Assembly: GCA_050945495.1 (NCBI GenBank)
Contig: JBMNTA010000003.1
Location: 8,761-72,760, forward strand
Direction of reading: 5' to 3'
Source: Saccharofermentanales bacterium
GTDB lineage: Bacteria > Bacillota > Clostridia > Saccharofermentanales > DTU023
DNA: 64,000 nt
The notes beneath the pieces are model-generated. The model was not told where the DNA came from, ran no database searches, and saw only the letters and a program-made list of their open reading frames with translations. The position numbers and the translations under genes were made by a program. Positions 17,839 to 29,386 of the stretch are shown piece by piece (within the stretch, counting starts at the first letter, position 1; the number at the start of each line of letters is the position of its first letter).

Positions 17839-19593
17839 TCAGTCCTCCAACAGACGATTGACGCGCTCCAAAACGATCGATTCGTAAGTCTTCTGTCGTG
17901 CCTCACACGCCGCACGATCGTCGCCGTAACATCCGAAGTACACCTTGATCTTCGGCTCCGTGCCGGAGGGACGCACGCACATGAAGTCCAAGTTCTCCAA
18001 CCGATACAGCAAGACGTTGCTCGTCGGATAATCGAGCGGTGTTTCCTCGCCGGTGGCAACGTCGACTTGGATGCCGCGTTGGAAGTCGGAGAGCGTCTCC
18101 GGCGCCAACGCCTCAAAGCCTTCGAAGGGCTTTTCGCGCAAGGCGGCCATCGCGTGAGCAATCTTTTCGAGCCCGACTTTGCCCTCACGGTAAATCGATA
18201 TGGTGTTCTCCGCCGCTTGACCGTACGTCGCATACAGATGCTCGAGTCGATCGGCCAAGGTCTCGCCTCGATCGGCCGATACGGCCGCCATCTCGGCAAT
18301 CATCAGGCAACTGACGACGGCGTCTTTGTCGCGTACGGCATCGCCCACGAGGTAGCCGAAGCTCTCCTCGTAACCGAATTCGAACGTTTGCCCCTCGATG
18401 TCGTGATATTTATGGATCTCCCCGGCGATGTGCTTAAAGCCGGTGAGCGACAGATACAAGTCGGTGCCGAACCGCTCGGAAATGGCGCGCGTCAGCCGCG
18501 ACGATACCACCGTCGACACGCAAAACGCGTCGTCCGCAAGCGTGCCGCGCTCGGCCTTCGTCGCCAGGATGTAGTCCATCAGCAAGAGGCCGATTTCGTT
18601 GCCGGACAGCAATTGGAAATCACCCTCGGCCGTGCGGAACGCGACGCCCGTGCGGTCGGCATCGGGGTCGGTCGCCAAGACGAGATCGGCGCCGATGTCT
18701 TCGGCGAGCCGCATCGCGAGCTCCAAGGTCTCCGGCAATTCGGGATTCGGCGTCGGCGTCGTCGGGAAGTCCCCGTTCGGGAGTTCTTGTTCCGGGACGA
18801 CGTGCACGTTGGTGAAGCCGTGTTTTTTCAAAATGCGGCGCACGGGTTTGTTCCCGGTGCCGTACAGCGGCGAATAGACGATCGGCAGGTCGGCGTTCCG
18901 ACGCACCGCATCGCCATTCAAGGTCAAGCTCAAAAGCATGGCGTCGTAGTCGCGATCCAGGTCGGCGCCCATCCAAGCAAACAAGTCGGATGCGCTCGCC
19001 TCGTCAAACGGCATGATCCCGTCGATCAAGCCCGCAAGATCGGTGACGCCCTCCATGATCCGCGCGACCTGTTCGGCCGCGTCGGGCCCCAGCTGGGCGC
19101 CGTCGGCGCCGTACACCTTGAAACCGTTGTATTTTTTCGGATTGTGGCTGGCGGTGATCATGACGCCGCCCGCACAGTCGTAATGGCGAATGGCATACGA
19201 CAGCATCGGCACGGGGCGCAGTTCGTCGGTCAAGCGGACGTGCAATCCGTTGCTCACGAAAATGGCGGCCACCAAACGCGCGAATTCGTCCGAACGATGG
19301 CGCGAGTCATGCGAAATGGCGATGCCGCGACGGCAGGCGTCTTCGCCTTGCGCCTTCAAATAATCGGCAAATCCCTGGGCCGCGCGGCCCACGGTGTAGA
19401 TGTTCATGCGGTTGCTGCCGGCCCCCATCACGCCGCGCAATCCGGCCGTGCCGAATTGCAGATCCTGATAAAATCGATCTTCAATCTCTTCGGAATCATC
19501 GGCGATGGCGACGAGCTCCGCCAAGGTCGCTTCGTCCATTTTTGGATCGTCCAGCCAACGTTGATAGACGGTTTGAGCGCGTGTCGGTGTCAT
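17839..19593 (-). CDS. pgcA: Phosphoglucomutase/phosphomannomutase (alpha-D-phosphohexomutase family)
   Basis: 584 aa. Active-site loop MITASHNPKKYNGFKV, metal loop ATDPDADR, and sugar-binding GYEESFGY. Confidence 0.9.
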   Translation of the reverse strand: MTPTRAQTVYQRWLDDPKMDEATLAELVAIADDSEEIEDRFYQDLQFGTAGLRGVMGAGSNRMNIYTVGRAAQGFADYLKAQGEDACRRGIAISHDSRHRSDEFARLVAAIFVSNGLHVRLTDELRPVPMLSYAIRHYDCAGGVMITASHNPKKYNGFKVYGADGAQLGPDAAEQVARIMEGVTDLAGLIDGIMPFDEASASDLFAWMGADLDRDYDAMLLSLTLNGDAVRRNADLPIVYSPLYGTGNKPVRRILKKHGFTNVHVVPEQELPNGDFPTTPTPNPELPETLELAMRLAEDIGADLVLATDPDADRTGVAFRTAEGDFQLLSGNEIGLLLMDYILATKAERGTLADDAFCVSTVVSSRLTRAISERFGTDLYLSLTGFKHIAGEIHKYHDIEGQTFEFGYEESFGYLVGDAVRDKDAVVSCLMIAEMAAVSADRGETLADRLEHLYATYGQAAENTISIYREGKVGLEKIAHAMAALREKPFEGFEALAPETLSDFQRGIQVDVATGEETPLDYPTSNVLLYRLENLDFMCVRPSGTEPKIKVYFGCYGDDRAACEARQKTYESIVLERVNRLLED

Positions 19594-19653
19594 ATGAATC
19601 TCCTTCGCGATTAAGGTTACAAAACAGATGATTCAAGTCTAACACACACGCGT

Positions 19654-19676
19654 TAAAACCACCGTTCAAAACGGTC
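19654..19676 (-). terminator. Possible terminator downstream of uvrB
   Basis: Minus strand reads ACCGTT-TTG-AACGGT followed by GGTTTTAA. Short 6-bp stem, about 40 nt after the uvrB stop. Confidence 0.3.
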
Positions 19677-19715
19677 AAAAAAATGTAACGTCCCGACGGA
19701 AAAACGGGGGTGAAG

Positions 19716-21736
<2,021 letters not shown>

Positions 21737-21740
<4 letters not shown>

Positions 21741-22324
21741 GATCGATGCAACGGCTCCATGAGACCGAGTTCGGTCAATTTATCGCGGACGGCCGCCATG
21801 TCGGACCAGAGCAAATCGCGCTTGGAACGGTCGCGCAAAATGTAGGCGGGGTGAAACGTCGGCATGATGTGGCATCCGTTCGATTCGGTCCAGTGACCGC
21901 GCACTTTCGTGATGCCCTGTTTATCGCCCGTGAAATACCGATACGCCGTCGCCCCCATCAAGAGGTAGACCCGCGGCCGCACGATGCGCATCTGTTCCAC
22001 CAGAAGCGGTCGGCACGCCTCCGCTTCTTCGAGAGACGGCACGCGGTTGTCCGGCGGCCAACATTTCACGATGTTGCAAATGTGATAATCCTTCGGCTCG
22101 AATTCGAAAGCCTCCAAAAGCAGATCCAAGAGTTGCCCGGAACGGCCCACAAACGGTTGCCCCAGTCGGTTCTCATCGCGACCGGGTCCCTCGCCCATGA
22201 TCATCAACGGCGCGTCGATGCCGCCGCGCCACACGACGACGTTGGCGCGCGTCTCGTGCAAGGGACACGCCTCGCACGCGAGGCACCGCTCCACAAAGGT
22301 ATTCCAACGATCTCTTTTTGTCAT
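21737..22324 (-). CDS. udg: Uracil-DNA glycosylase, family 4 (Fe-S type)
   Basis: [38 protein letters not shown] and FHPAYILR motifs. ATG at 22324 is preceded by GAGAGGAG. The longer ORF to 22459 is an Arg-rich 5' extension. 4-nt overlap with the uvrB stop. Confidence 0.85.
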
Positions 22325-22459
22325 CCGATGCTCCTCTCTTGAACCTCGCTTTATCATAGAGGATCGACGCCATTTTGGCGATCCCCGGGCGTTCCACAAA
22401 AAAGCCCCGCCTTCCCTCGAACGGACGCGGGGCCGTTTTGAACGTCGGTGATCCGACAA

Positions 22460-23023
22460 TCACTTCAGGGCCGCGCCGTCTTTAAAGGCATCGCCCACGC
22501 GCTCCGTGACTTTGTAATAACCGTTCGTGAACGGATCGAAGGCGATGGCTTCGACGGCCGAGATATCGAGCCGGCCGTCCTTCATCACACGCGCGTCGGC
22601 CGTGACGTTCACGACTTTGCCGATGACGCCGATGCCGTACGTGCCGCCTTGGAATTCCACAAACTCGCACTCGGCGCAGATCGGAAATTCGTTGATGACG
22701 GGGGCGTCGACATGCTCGGACTTCGCGGCCGTGAGACCGCTTCGGGCAAATTTGTCGGCCACGTCGTTGCCCGAGACGATGCCGACGAAGTCGGCTTCCG
22801 CCATGTGCGCCGCATCGGCGATGCTCACGGTAAACGCCTTCCGCCGTCGGATGTTCTGCACCGTTTTGTGCGTCTCGGATAAATTCAGGGCGACGAATCC
22901 CGAGATCGCCATGGTGCCCCACGCGGCATTCATCACGTTGACCGTGCCGTCCTCGTTGTACGTCGCGATCATCAGGACCGGCATGGGAAAAATCGGGCTG
23001 GTTGATTCAATCTGAACTCTCAT
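22460..23023 (-). CDS. Flavin reductase-like (FMN-binding split-barrel) protein
   Basis: 187 aa. PMPVLMIATYNEDGTVNVMNAAWG is typical of the flavin reductase domain family. Confidence 0.7.
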   Translation of the reverse strand: MRVQIESTSPIFPMPVLMIATYNEDGTVNVMNAAWGTMAISGFVALNLSETHKTVQNIRRRKAFTVSIADAAHMAEADFVGIVSGNDVADKFARSGLTAAKSEHVDAPVINEFPICAECEFVEFQGGTYGIGVIGKVVNVTADARVMKDGRLDISAVEAIAFDPFTNGYYKVTERVGDAFKDGAALK

Positions 23024-23100
23024 GGCAAGGATGTCCTTTCTTTTTCATGGATATGGACCTTGTGTCCACAGTGTATCATCCGCCGATCTCGCCGTGTGCC

Positions 23101-23742
23101 CTATAAAAAATCGGCAAAGGCCTGTTCAAACATCCGGAGGCCTTCATCGTCCAAGTAAAATTTGTACGCGTCCTCCGACGCCTCCGCGTCAACGTGCGGT
23201 TTGTACGCATCCTCGGGGCACGTATAGCCCATCATGCGCGCCAACACCACGGGAAAATCGGCGTAGGCCTCCGCCACCGCCGTCACGATGTTGCCGTCGA
23301 CGACGATCGGTCGGTAGGTCAAGTTCTCCTGGCGGATGAACGGCAGGCGCTCATTCATCTCCACGTACAGTTGATTGATGAATTTTTTGTCGTCCAACAA
23401 TCCCGCCATGGACAAGAAGATGGGACCGCCGCACAGCGCGCCGATGATCAGGTCGGGATGCGCCTTCAAGCGCCTTAAAAAGCGAATGAGTTTTTCGTCC
23501 TTCAACGACGCGCGTACGTCACTTACTCCGGGCAAAATCAGGGCATCGTACGCATCGGGGTCGAATGCGTCCACGGTCTTGTCCGGGATCACCGTGATGC
23601 CCTCTTCGGACGTCACCGGTTGGTCGGAACTCGCAAAGACCACGGTCGGCGTATCGAAATACCACCGAAACAACGCCACGGTGTTGCCGATTTCCTGCAA
23701 ACTGAAGGTCGGGTAAACGAGCAATGCCAATTTTTTCTTCAT
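23101..23742 (-). CDS. DJ-1/PfpI family protein
   Basis: 213 aa. Nucleophile-elbow region LIIGALCGGPIFLSMAGLL and YDALILPG. Confidence 0.75.
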   Translation of the reverse strand: MKKKLALLVYPTFSLQEIGNTVALFRWYFDTPTVVFASSDQPVTSEEGITVIPDKTVDAFDPDAYDALILPGVSDVRASLKDEKLIRFLRRLKAHPDLIIGALCGGPIFLSMAGLLDDKKFINQLYVEMNERLPFIRQENLTYRPIVVDGNIVTAVAEAYADFPVVLARMMGYTCPEDAYKPHVDAEASEDAYKFYLDDEGLRMFEQAFADFL

Positions 23743-23795
23743 GGGTGCCTCCCCAGCATCGGATGATCGAAGTCCACGTCTCGTTCAGTGGGTTC

Positions 23796-23824
23796 AGTAT
23801 ACGGGTCATCGGGTGCCTTGGCCA
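23796..23824 (-). promoter_or_regulatory. Candidate sigma-A-type promoter for the DJ-1/PfpI gene
   Basis: Minus strand TGGCCA - 17 nt - TATACT, about 50 nt upstream of the ATG at 23742 and just after the lysS terminator. Confidence 0.3.
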
Positions 23825-23839
23825 CATCGCGGGGCACAC

Positions 23840-23868
23840 AAAAACCCCCGCTCGTCGGGAGCGGGGGT
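23840..23868 (-). terminator. Rho-independent terminator of greA-lysS
   Basis: Minus strand CCCCCGCTC-CCGAC-GAGCGGGGG followed by TTTTT, about 40 nt after the lysS stop. Confidence 0.85.
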
Positions 23869-23907
23869 GGTCGTCATCGGTTGCGTTGTCGTTCAATCGC
23901 CGCGCGT

Positions 23908-25410
23908 TTACTCCTCCAACGGCTTCATCGTCGGGAACAGCAAGACGTCACGGATGGACGCCTGGTCCGTCAGGAGCATGACCAGACGATCGATGCCGAT
24001 GCCGAGACCGCCGGTGGGCGGCATGCCGTACTCCAGCGCCTCGACAAAGTCGTCGTCCGGCAATTGCGCCTCTTCGTCGCCGGCTTCGCGACGTCGCAAT
24101 TGGTCGGCAAAGCGGCGGTGCTGATCGATCGGGTCATTCAATTCCGAATAGGCATTGCCGTATTCGCGCCCGTCGATGAAGAGCTCGAAGCGCTCCGTGA
24201 GTTTCCCGTCGGTGCCGGGCTTGATCTTGGCCAACGGCGACACTTCGATCGGGTAATCCATGAGGAACGTCGGTTGAATCAAGTGTTCTTCGGCGTAGGC
24301 CTCAAAGCAGGCATTCAAAAGTTCGCCCCACGTCATCTTGTCGGTGACGTCTTCGAGCCCGCGATCGCGCGCCGCCCGTTGCGCTTCGGCGTCGGTCGCA
24401 AGTTCGTTGAAGTCGATGCCGGCGTACTGTTTGACCGCGTCGATCATGGTCAGGCGACGCCACGGGGGCGCCAAGGAAAGCGGCGTGCCCTGATATTCGA
24501 TGTCGTACGTGCCGCAGACGTCCATGCAGGCGCCCGCGATCAGCGCTTCGGACAGTTCCATCATCGCGTGGTAGTCGCCGTACGCCTGGTAGATTTCGAC
24601 CATCGTGAATTCGGGGTTGTGCTTCGTGCTCATCCCCTCGTTGCGGAAGTTGCGACCGATCTCAAAGACGCGTTCCAAGCCGCCGACAATCAGGCGTTTC
24701 AAATAAAGTTCCGGGGCGATGCGAAGGTATAAATCGAGATCCAACGTGTTGTGATGCGTCACGAACGGGCGCGCCGTGGCGCCGCCGGCGATCGTGTTGA
24801 GCAACGGCGTCTCCACTTCGAGGAAGCCGCGACGTTCGAGCTCTTGACGAATAAACGAGATGATCCGACTGCGCTTCACGAACGTCTCGCGGACGTCCGG
24901 ATTGACCATCAGGTCGAGGTAGCGTTTGCGATACCGTGTGTCGGTGTCGCGGAGTCCGTGAAACTTTTCGGGCAGCGGTCGAAGCGATTTGGCGAGCAAT
25001 GCAAAGTGTTGATTGCGCACCGATACTTCGCCCATGCGCGTCTTGAAGACTTCGCCCGTCACGACGACGATGTCGCCGATGTCGAGGTCTTGCCACGCGC
25101 GGTAATCCGCCTCGCCGAGATTGTCCAGGCGACTGAAAATTTGAATTTGTCCCGTCCGATCCAACAGGTCGGTAAACGAAACTTTACCCATGCCGCGCTT
25201 GGCGATGAGACGTCCGGCGACCGTGACCGTTTGATCTTCGAAATGCTCAAAGTCGTCGACGACTTCACGGGCATGATGCGTCACATCGGCCGTGGTGATG
25301 AGGTAGGGGTTCTCGCCCGCATCCGTCAGCGCCTGCAGCTTGTCCATCCGAAAGCGCATCTGCTCGGGCAGTTGGTCCATTTGATCTGCTTGAGGTTCTT
25401 TTTGGGTCAT
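23908..25410 (-). CDS. lysS: Lysine--tRNA ligase (class II)
   Basis: 500 aa. OB anticodon-binding domain and class II motifs: FLEVETPLL, FEIGRNFRNEG, GMPPTGGLGIGIDRLVMLL. Confidence 0.97.
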   Translation of the reverse strand: MTQKEPQADQMDQLPEQMRFRMDKLQALTDAGENPYLITTADVTHHAREVVDDFEHFEDQTVTVAGRLIAKRGMGKVSFTDLLDRTGQIQIFSRLDNLGEADYRAWQDLDIGDIVVVTGEVFKTRMGEVSVRNQHFALLAKSLRPLPEKFHGLRDTDTRYRKRYLDLMVNPDVRETFVKRSRIISFIRQELERRGFLEVETPLLNTIAGGATARPFVTHHNTLDLDLYLRIAPELYLKRLIVGGLERVFEIGRNFRNEGMSTKHNPEFTMVEIYQAYGDYHAMMELSEALIAGACMDVCGTYDIEYQGTPLSLAPPWRRLTMIDAVKQYAGIDFNELATDAEAQRAARDRGLEDVTDKMTWGELLNACFEAYAEEHLIQPTFLMDYPIEVSPLAKIKPGTDGKLTERFELFIDGREYGNAYSELNDPIDQHRRFADQLRRREAGDEEAQLPDDDFVEALEYGMPPTGGLGIGIDRLVMLLTDQASIRDVLLFPTMKPLEE

Positions 25411-25898
25411 TCTGTATCCTTTGGTCGAGAAATTTTAAGAATGGTGTACTTGATCATGCCCATGGGGGTTTTGACGTCGACGACGTCCCCCTTGCGACGG
25501 CCCAAAATGGCCGATCCGACAGGCGAATCGCTCGAAATTTTATTGATGAAAATATCTTCTTCTTTGGTGGAGACGATCATGTATTCCGTCTCTTCCCCCG
25601 TATCTTCGCGGCGCAACAGCACGTTGCCGCCGAGGGTCACACGCGTTTTGCTGACGTTTTTCTCGTCGATCACTTTCGCGTTGTTTAAAATTTCCTCGAT
25701 TTCCGCAATCCGAAGGTCGTTGTCTTCGTAGGCTTGTTTCGCGTCGTCAAACTCGGAGTTTTCCGAAATGTCGCCGTGGGCGCGCGCTTCCTTCAAGCGC
25801 TCCGCGATCTCGGCGGCCACACGCGTTTTGCGATCCTCGAGTTCTTCTTGATACTCGCGAATCTTGCCATACGTCATTTCATAGACTTTTTCAGCCAT
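25407..25898 (-). CDS. greA: Transcription elongation factor GreA
   Basis: 163 aa. ARAHGDISENSEFDDAK coiled-coil finger and a C-terminal globular domain. 4-nt overlap with the lysS start. Confidence 0.93.
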   Translation of the reverse strand: MAEKVYEMTYGKIREYQEELEDRKTRVAAEIAERLKEARAHGDISENSEFDDAKQAYEDNDLRIAEIEEILNNAKVIDEKNVSKTRVTLGGNVLLRREDTGEETEYMIVSTKEEDIFINKISSDSPVGSAILGRRKGDVVDVKTPMGMIKYTILKISRPKDTE

Positions 25899-25971
25899 AC
25901 TCTCGTGTCCTCGTTTCCGTAGTCATTCGGCATTGCGCTCCCCGCGCAACGTCTCATTATAACGCATCGGG

Positions 25972-27477
25972 CTAGCGCCCGACTTCGCTCTCTTTGTGAA
26001 TCACGTCGTGCGCGCCGCCCTCAACGATGCTCGTCGGCGAGACGACGACAAAACGCGCTTTGGTTTTGAGCGTGTCCAAATCGGTCGCTCCGCAGGCACA
26101 CATCGTGGACTTGACTTTCGCCAACGTGACGGCCACGTTGTCGGCCAATTTGCCGGCGTAAGGCACGTAGGAGTCGACGCCCTCTTCGAAGGCCATGCCC
26201 GTGCTGCCGCCGTCGTCGTAGCGCTGCCAATTGCGCGCGCGGTTGGAGCCCTCGCCCCAGTATTCTTTCACATAATTACCTTTGAACAAAACGCGACGCG
26301 TCGGGCTCTCGTCGAACCGTGCGAAGTAGCGTCCGAGCATCAGAAAATCGGCGCCCATCGCCAGCGCGAGCGCCATGTGATAGTCGTAGACGATGCCGCC
26401 GTCGGAACAGATCGGGATGTAGACGCCGGTCTCTTCGAACCATTCGTCGCGCGCTTGAGCGACGTCCATCAGCGCGGAGGCCTGGCCGCGGCCGATCCCC
26501 TTCTGCTCACGTGTGATGCAAATCGAACCGCCGCCGATGCCGACCTTGACAAACGACGCGCCCGCGTCGGCGAGGAAGCGGAAGCCCTCGCGGTCGACGA
26601 CGTTGCCCGCGCCCAACGGGAGGTCCGGCCCGTACGTCTCGCGAACGTAGGTGATGGTATCCTTCTGCCAATCGGAAAATCCGTCGGAAGAATCGATGCA
26701 GAGCACGTCGCAACCGGCGTCCAACAGCGCCGGGACACGCTCGCGGTAGTCGCGTGTGTTGATGCCGGCGCCGACGAGCAGACGCTTGTGGTCGTCCAGA
26801 AGTTCATCGGGATTTTCTTTGTGGGCGTCGTAGTCTTTGCGGAAGACGAGCGCCACCAGATGCCCCCGCGCGTCGACGATCGGCAATTGATTCAATTTGT
26901 GATCCCAAATGATGTCGTTCGCCTCGCTCAGCGTGATGCCTTCCTCGCCGTACACGATCTCATCCAAGGGCGTCATGAATTCGCGCACCGGCGTATCGAG
27001 CGACAGGCGGGAGACGCGATAGTCGCGACTCGTCACGATGCCGACAAGCTTGCCCGTCGAGGTGCCGTCTTCCGTGATCGGGACGGTCGAATGGCCCGTC
27101 TTTTCTTTGAGACGGACGATGTCTTCGAGCCGATCGTCGGGTTTTAAATTGCTGTCGCTGGTGACAAACCCGGCTTTGAATTTTTTGACCGAGCGCACCA
27201 TCTCGCACTGGCGATCGATCGGCTGAGACCCGTACAAAAACGACAGGCCGCCTTGGCGCGCCAAAGCGATGGCCATGCGGTCGTCGGAGACGGCCTGCAT
27301 GATGGCGGAGACCAAGGGAATGTTCAAGGAAATGGCCGGCGCCTCGTCGGCGGGACGATATTTCACCAAGGGCGTCGCGAGGTTCACGCGGTCCGGCGTG
27401 CACGTGCGCGTCGTCCGGTTCGGAACGAGCAAAAACTCACTGAAGGTACGTGACAGTTCGGGAATGAGTTCGGCCAT
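25972..27477 (-). CDS. guaB: IMP dehydrogenase family protein (with CBS pair)
   Basis: 501 aa. Catalytic loop [21 protein letters not shown], a CBS insert, and a TIM barrel. The start shares a base with the pyrG stop (TGATG). Confidence 0.85.
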   Translation of the reverse strand: MAELIPELSRTFSEFLLVPNRTTRTCTPDRVNLATPLVKYRPADEAPAISLNIPLVSAIMQAVSDDRMAIALARQGGLSFLYGSQPIDRQCEMVRSVKKFKAGFVTSDSNLKPDDRLEDIVRLKEKTGHSTVPITEDGTSTGKLVGIVTSRDYRVSRLSLDTPVREFMTPLDEIVYGEEGITLSEANDIIWDHKLNQLPIVDARGHLVALVFRKDYDAHKENPDELLDDHKRLLVGAGINTRDYRERVPALLDAGCDVLCIDSSDGFSDWQKDTITYVRETYGPDLPLGAGNVVDREGFRFLADAGASFVKVGIGGGSICITREQKGIGRGQASALMDVAQARDEWFEETGVYIPICSDGGIVYDYHMALALAMGADFLMLGRYFARFDESPTRRVLFKGNYVKEYWGEGSNRARNWQRYDDGGSTGMAFEEGVDSYVPYAGKLADNVAVTLAKVKSTMCACGATDLDTLKTKARFVVVSPTSIVEGGAHDVIHKESEVGR

Positions 27478-29117
27478 CAGTGCCCTCCTTTTTTATGCGC
27501 GATCGCTTTCTCGATCAAGGCCAGGAACAACGGGTGCGGATCGGTCGGACGCGACTTGAATTCGGGGTGGGCGATCAGGCCGATGAAGAACGGATGGTTC
27601 GGCCACTCGATCGCTTCCACGTACCGGCCGTCGGGCGACATGCCGGAGAATTTCATGCCCGTCGACGCGAGCGCCTCGGAGTACGACGGATTGAATTCAC
27701 GTCGATGATGATGGCGCTCCGAAGCTTCGAGCGAACCATAGACCTCGGCCAGCAACGAACCTTCCTCGATCACCATGGGATGGGCGCCGCGACGCATGGG
27801 GCGTTCACAGAACGGAATGGACTCGATGTTTTGATGCATCGCCGGCGTGAGGTTGGCGTAATAAAACACGTCTTGACAATCGCATTCGCACTCGTCGCTG
27901 TGTGCCTTTTCGAGGCCGGCGACGTGACGGGCGATGTCCACCACGGCCATCTGCATGCCGAGGCCGATGCCGAGGAACGGAATGTTGCGTTCGCGGGCGC
28001 TGCGGCTCGCGCGGATCATGCCTTCCATGCCGCGTTTGCCGAACCCGCCGGGGACGACGATGGCGTCGGCCCGGCCGAGCCGTTCGTCAACGCCCTCCGG
28101 CGTCATGGCCTCCAATGCTTCGCAATCGACCCAGTCGATGTCGGGCTCGATGCCGAGCGCGATCCCGGCGTGGTCGAGCGATTCGATCACGCTGTAGTAG
28201 GCGTCTTGAAGTTCGATGTATTTGCCGACCATCGCGACGTTCAGCGGTTCGCGCGGCGCTTTCGTCCGGTCCACCAGACGCTTCCAGTCGTCGAGCTTCG
28301 GCTCGGGGTGTTCGAGACACAGTCGCTCACACACGACGCGCGCAAGCCCCTCTTTTTCAAAGATCAGGGGCAACTCGTACACCGACTCGCAGTCCATGTT
28401 CTGGATGACGGAATCGTAGCGGACGTTGCAAAACAGCGCGAGCTTCTCGCGAATGCTGTGATCGAGAGGCACTTCGGTCCGACAGACCAAAATGTCGGGC
28501 TGAATCCCGTACGACAAAAGTTTTTGCACACTGTGCTGCGTGGGTTTCGTCTTGAGTTCGCCGGGTTTATTCAAATACGGGAGCAGCGTGACATGGATGA
28601 ACAGGCAATTTTGGCGTCCGACTTCGTAGCTGATCTGGCGGATGGCTTCGATGAACGGCTGGCCCTCCATGTCGCCGACGGTGCCGCCGATCTCGGAGAT
28701 GACGACGTCGACGTCGCCTTCTTCCGCGACCTTGTAGACGTGGTCTTTGATCTCGTTGATGATGTGAGGCACGACCTGCACCGTTCCGCCGTGGTAGCCG
28801 CCGGAACGCTCACGATTGATGACGTTCAGGTAGACCCTGCCGGAGGTGATGTCGCTCTCGCACGTCAGATTGACGTCCGTGAAACGCTCGTAGTGCCCGA
28901 TGTCCAAATCGGTCTCGGCCCCATCCTCGGTCACGAAAATTTCGCCGTGTTGCGTCGGGCTCATCAAGGCCGGATCGACGTTGATGTACGGGTCGAATTT
29001 TTGGTTGCGGACGGGAATGCCGCGCGCGATCAGCAATCGCCCCAATGCGGCGGCCGTGATGCCTTTGCCCAGTCCGGACACCACGCCCCCTGTCACAAAA
29101 ATGTACTTTGTCGCCAT
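27477..29117 (-). CDS. pyrG: CTP synthase
   Basis: 546 aa. [21 protein letters not shown]-terminus and a glutamine amidotransferase domain ([19 protein letters not shown]). Confidence 0.97.
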   Translation of the reverse strand: MATKYIFVTGGVVSGLGKGITAAALGRLLIARGIPVRNQKFDPYINVDPALMSPTQHGEIFVTEDGAETDLDIGHYERFTDVNLTCESDITSGRVYLNVINRERSGGYHGGTVQVVPHIINEIKDHVYKVAEEGDVDVVISEIGGTVGDMEGQPFIEAIRQISYEVGRQNCLFIHVTLLPYLNKPGELKTKPTQHSVQKLLSYGIQPDILVCRTEVPLDHSIREKLALFCNVRYDSVIQNMDCESVYELPLIFEKEGLARVVCERLCLEHPEPKLDDWKRLVDRTKAPREPLNVAMVGKYIELQDAYYSVIESLDHAGIALGIEPDIDWVDCEALEAMTPEGVDERLGRADAIVVPGGFGKRGMEGMIRASRSARERNIPFLGIGLGMQMAVVDIARHVAGLEKAHSDECECDCQDVFYYANLTPAMHQNIESIPFCERPMRRGAHPMVIEEGSLLAEVYGSLEASERHHHRREFNPSYSEALASTGMKFSGMSPDGRYVEAIEWPNHPFFIGLIAHPEFKSRPTDPHPLFLALIEKAIAHKKGGH

Positions 29118-29189
29118 GAATCTCTGTCTCCCTTTTCACGAATATAAAAACAACGGACAACCGGCGGTCAACCGCTCAATCCTTTGATT

Positions 29190-29198
29190 ACTATACCA
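29190..29198 (-). promoter_or_regulatory. Candidate extended -10 promoter element for pyrG
   Basis: Minus strand TGgTATAGT, about 70 nt upstream of the pyrG ATG. No good -35. Confidence 0.35.
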
Positions 29199-29231
29199 CG
29201 AGGTGCGCCCGCGCATACAGGGCGCGCGCCC

Positions 29232-29266
29232 ATAAAAAAGAAGCGCTCACACCGTCGGTGAGCGCC
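29232..29266 (-). terminator. Rho-independent terminator between the 5'-nucleotidase gene and pyrG
   Basis: Minus strand GCGCTCAC-CGACGGT-GTGAGCGC followed by TTCTTTTTTAT. Preceded by two further GC-rich hairpins at 29350-29372 and about 29297-29332. Confidence 0.7.
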
Positions 29267-29386
29267 CGCAAAGATCGTCTCCGAAAGACGACCCGAAGCC
29301 GCCTTCTCGCAAAGAATGTCGCGAAAAGGCGGCCTGTCGTTCATGATGATCCGCCGCGCCCGCGGCGGATGTGATGAGGTCCGATG

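Noticed and set aside
29232-29266. The hairpin plus T-tract could be a Bacillus-type CTP-sensing pyrG attenuator.
   Set aside because: It lies upstream of the best -10 element for pyrG (29190-29198). It is better explained as the terminator of the preceding nucleotidase gene.
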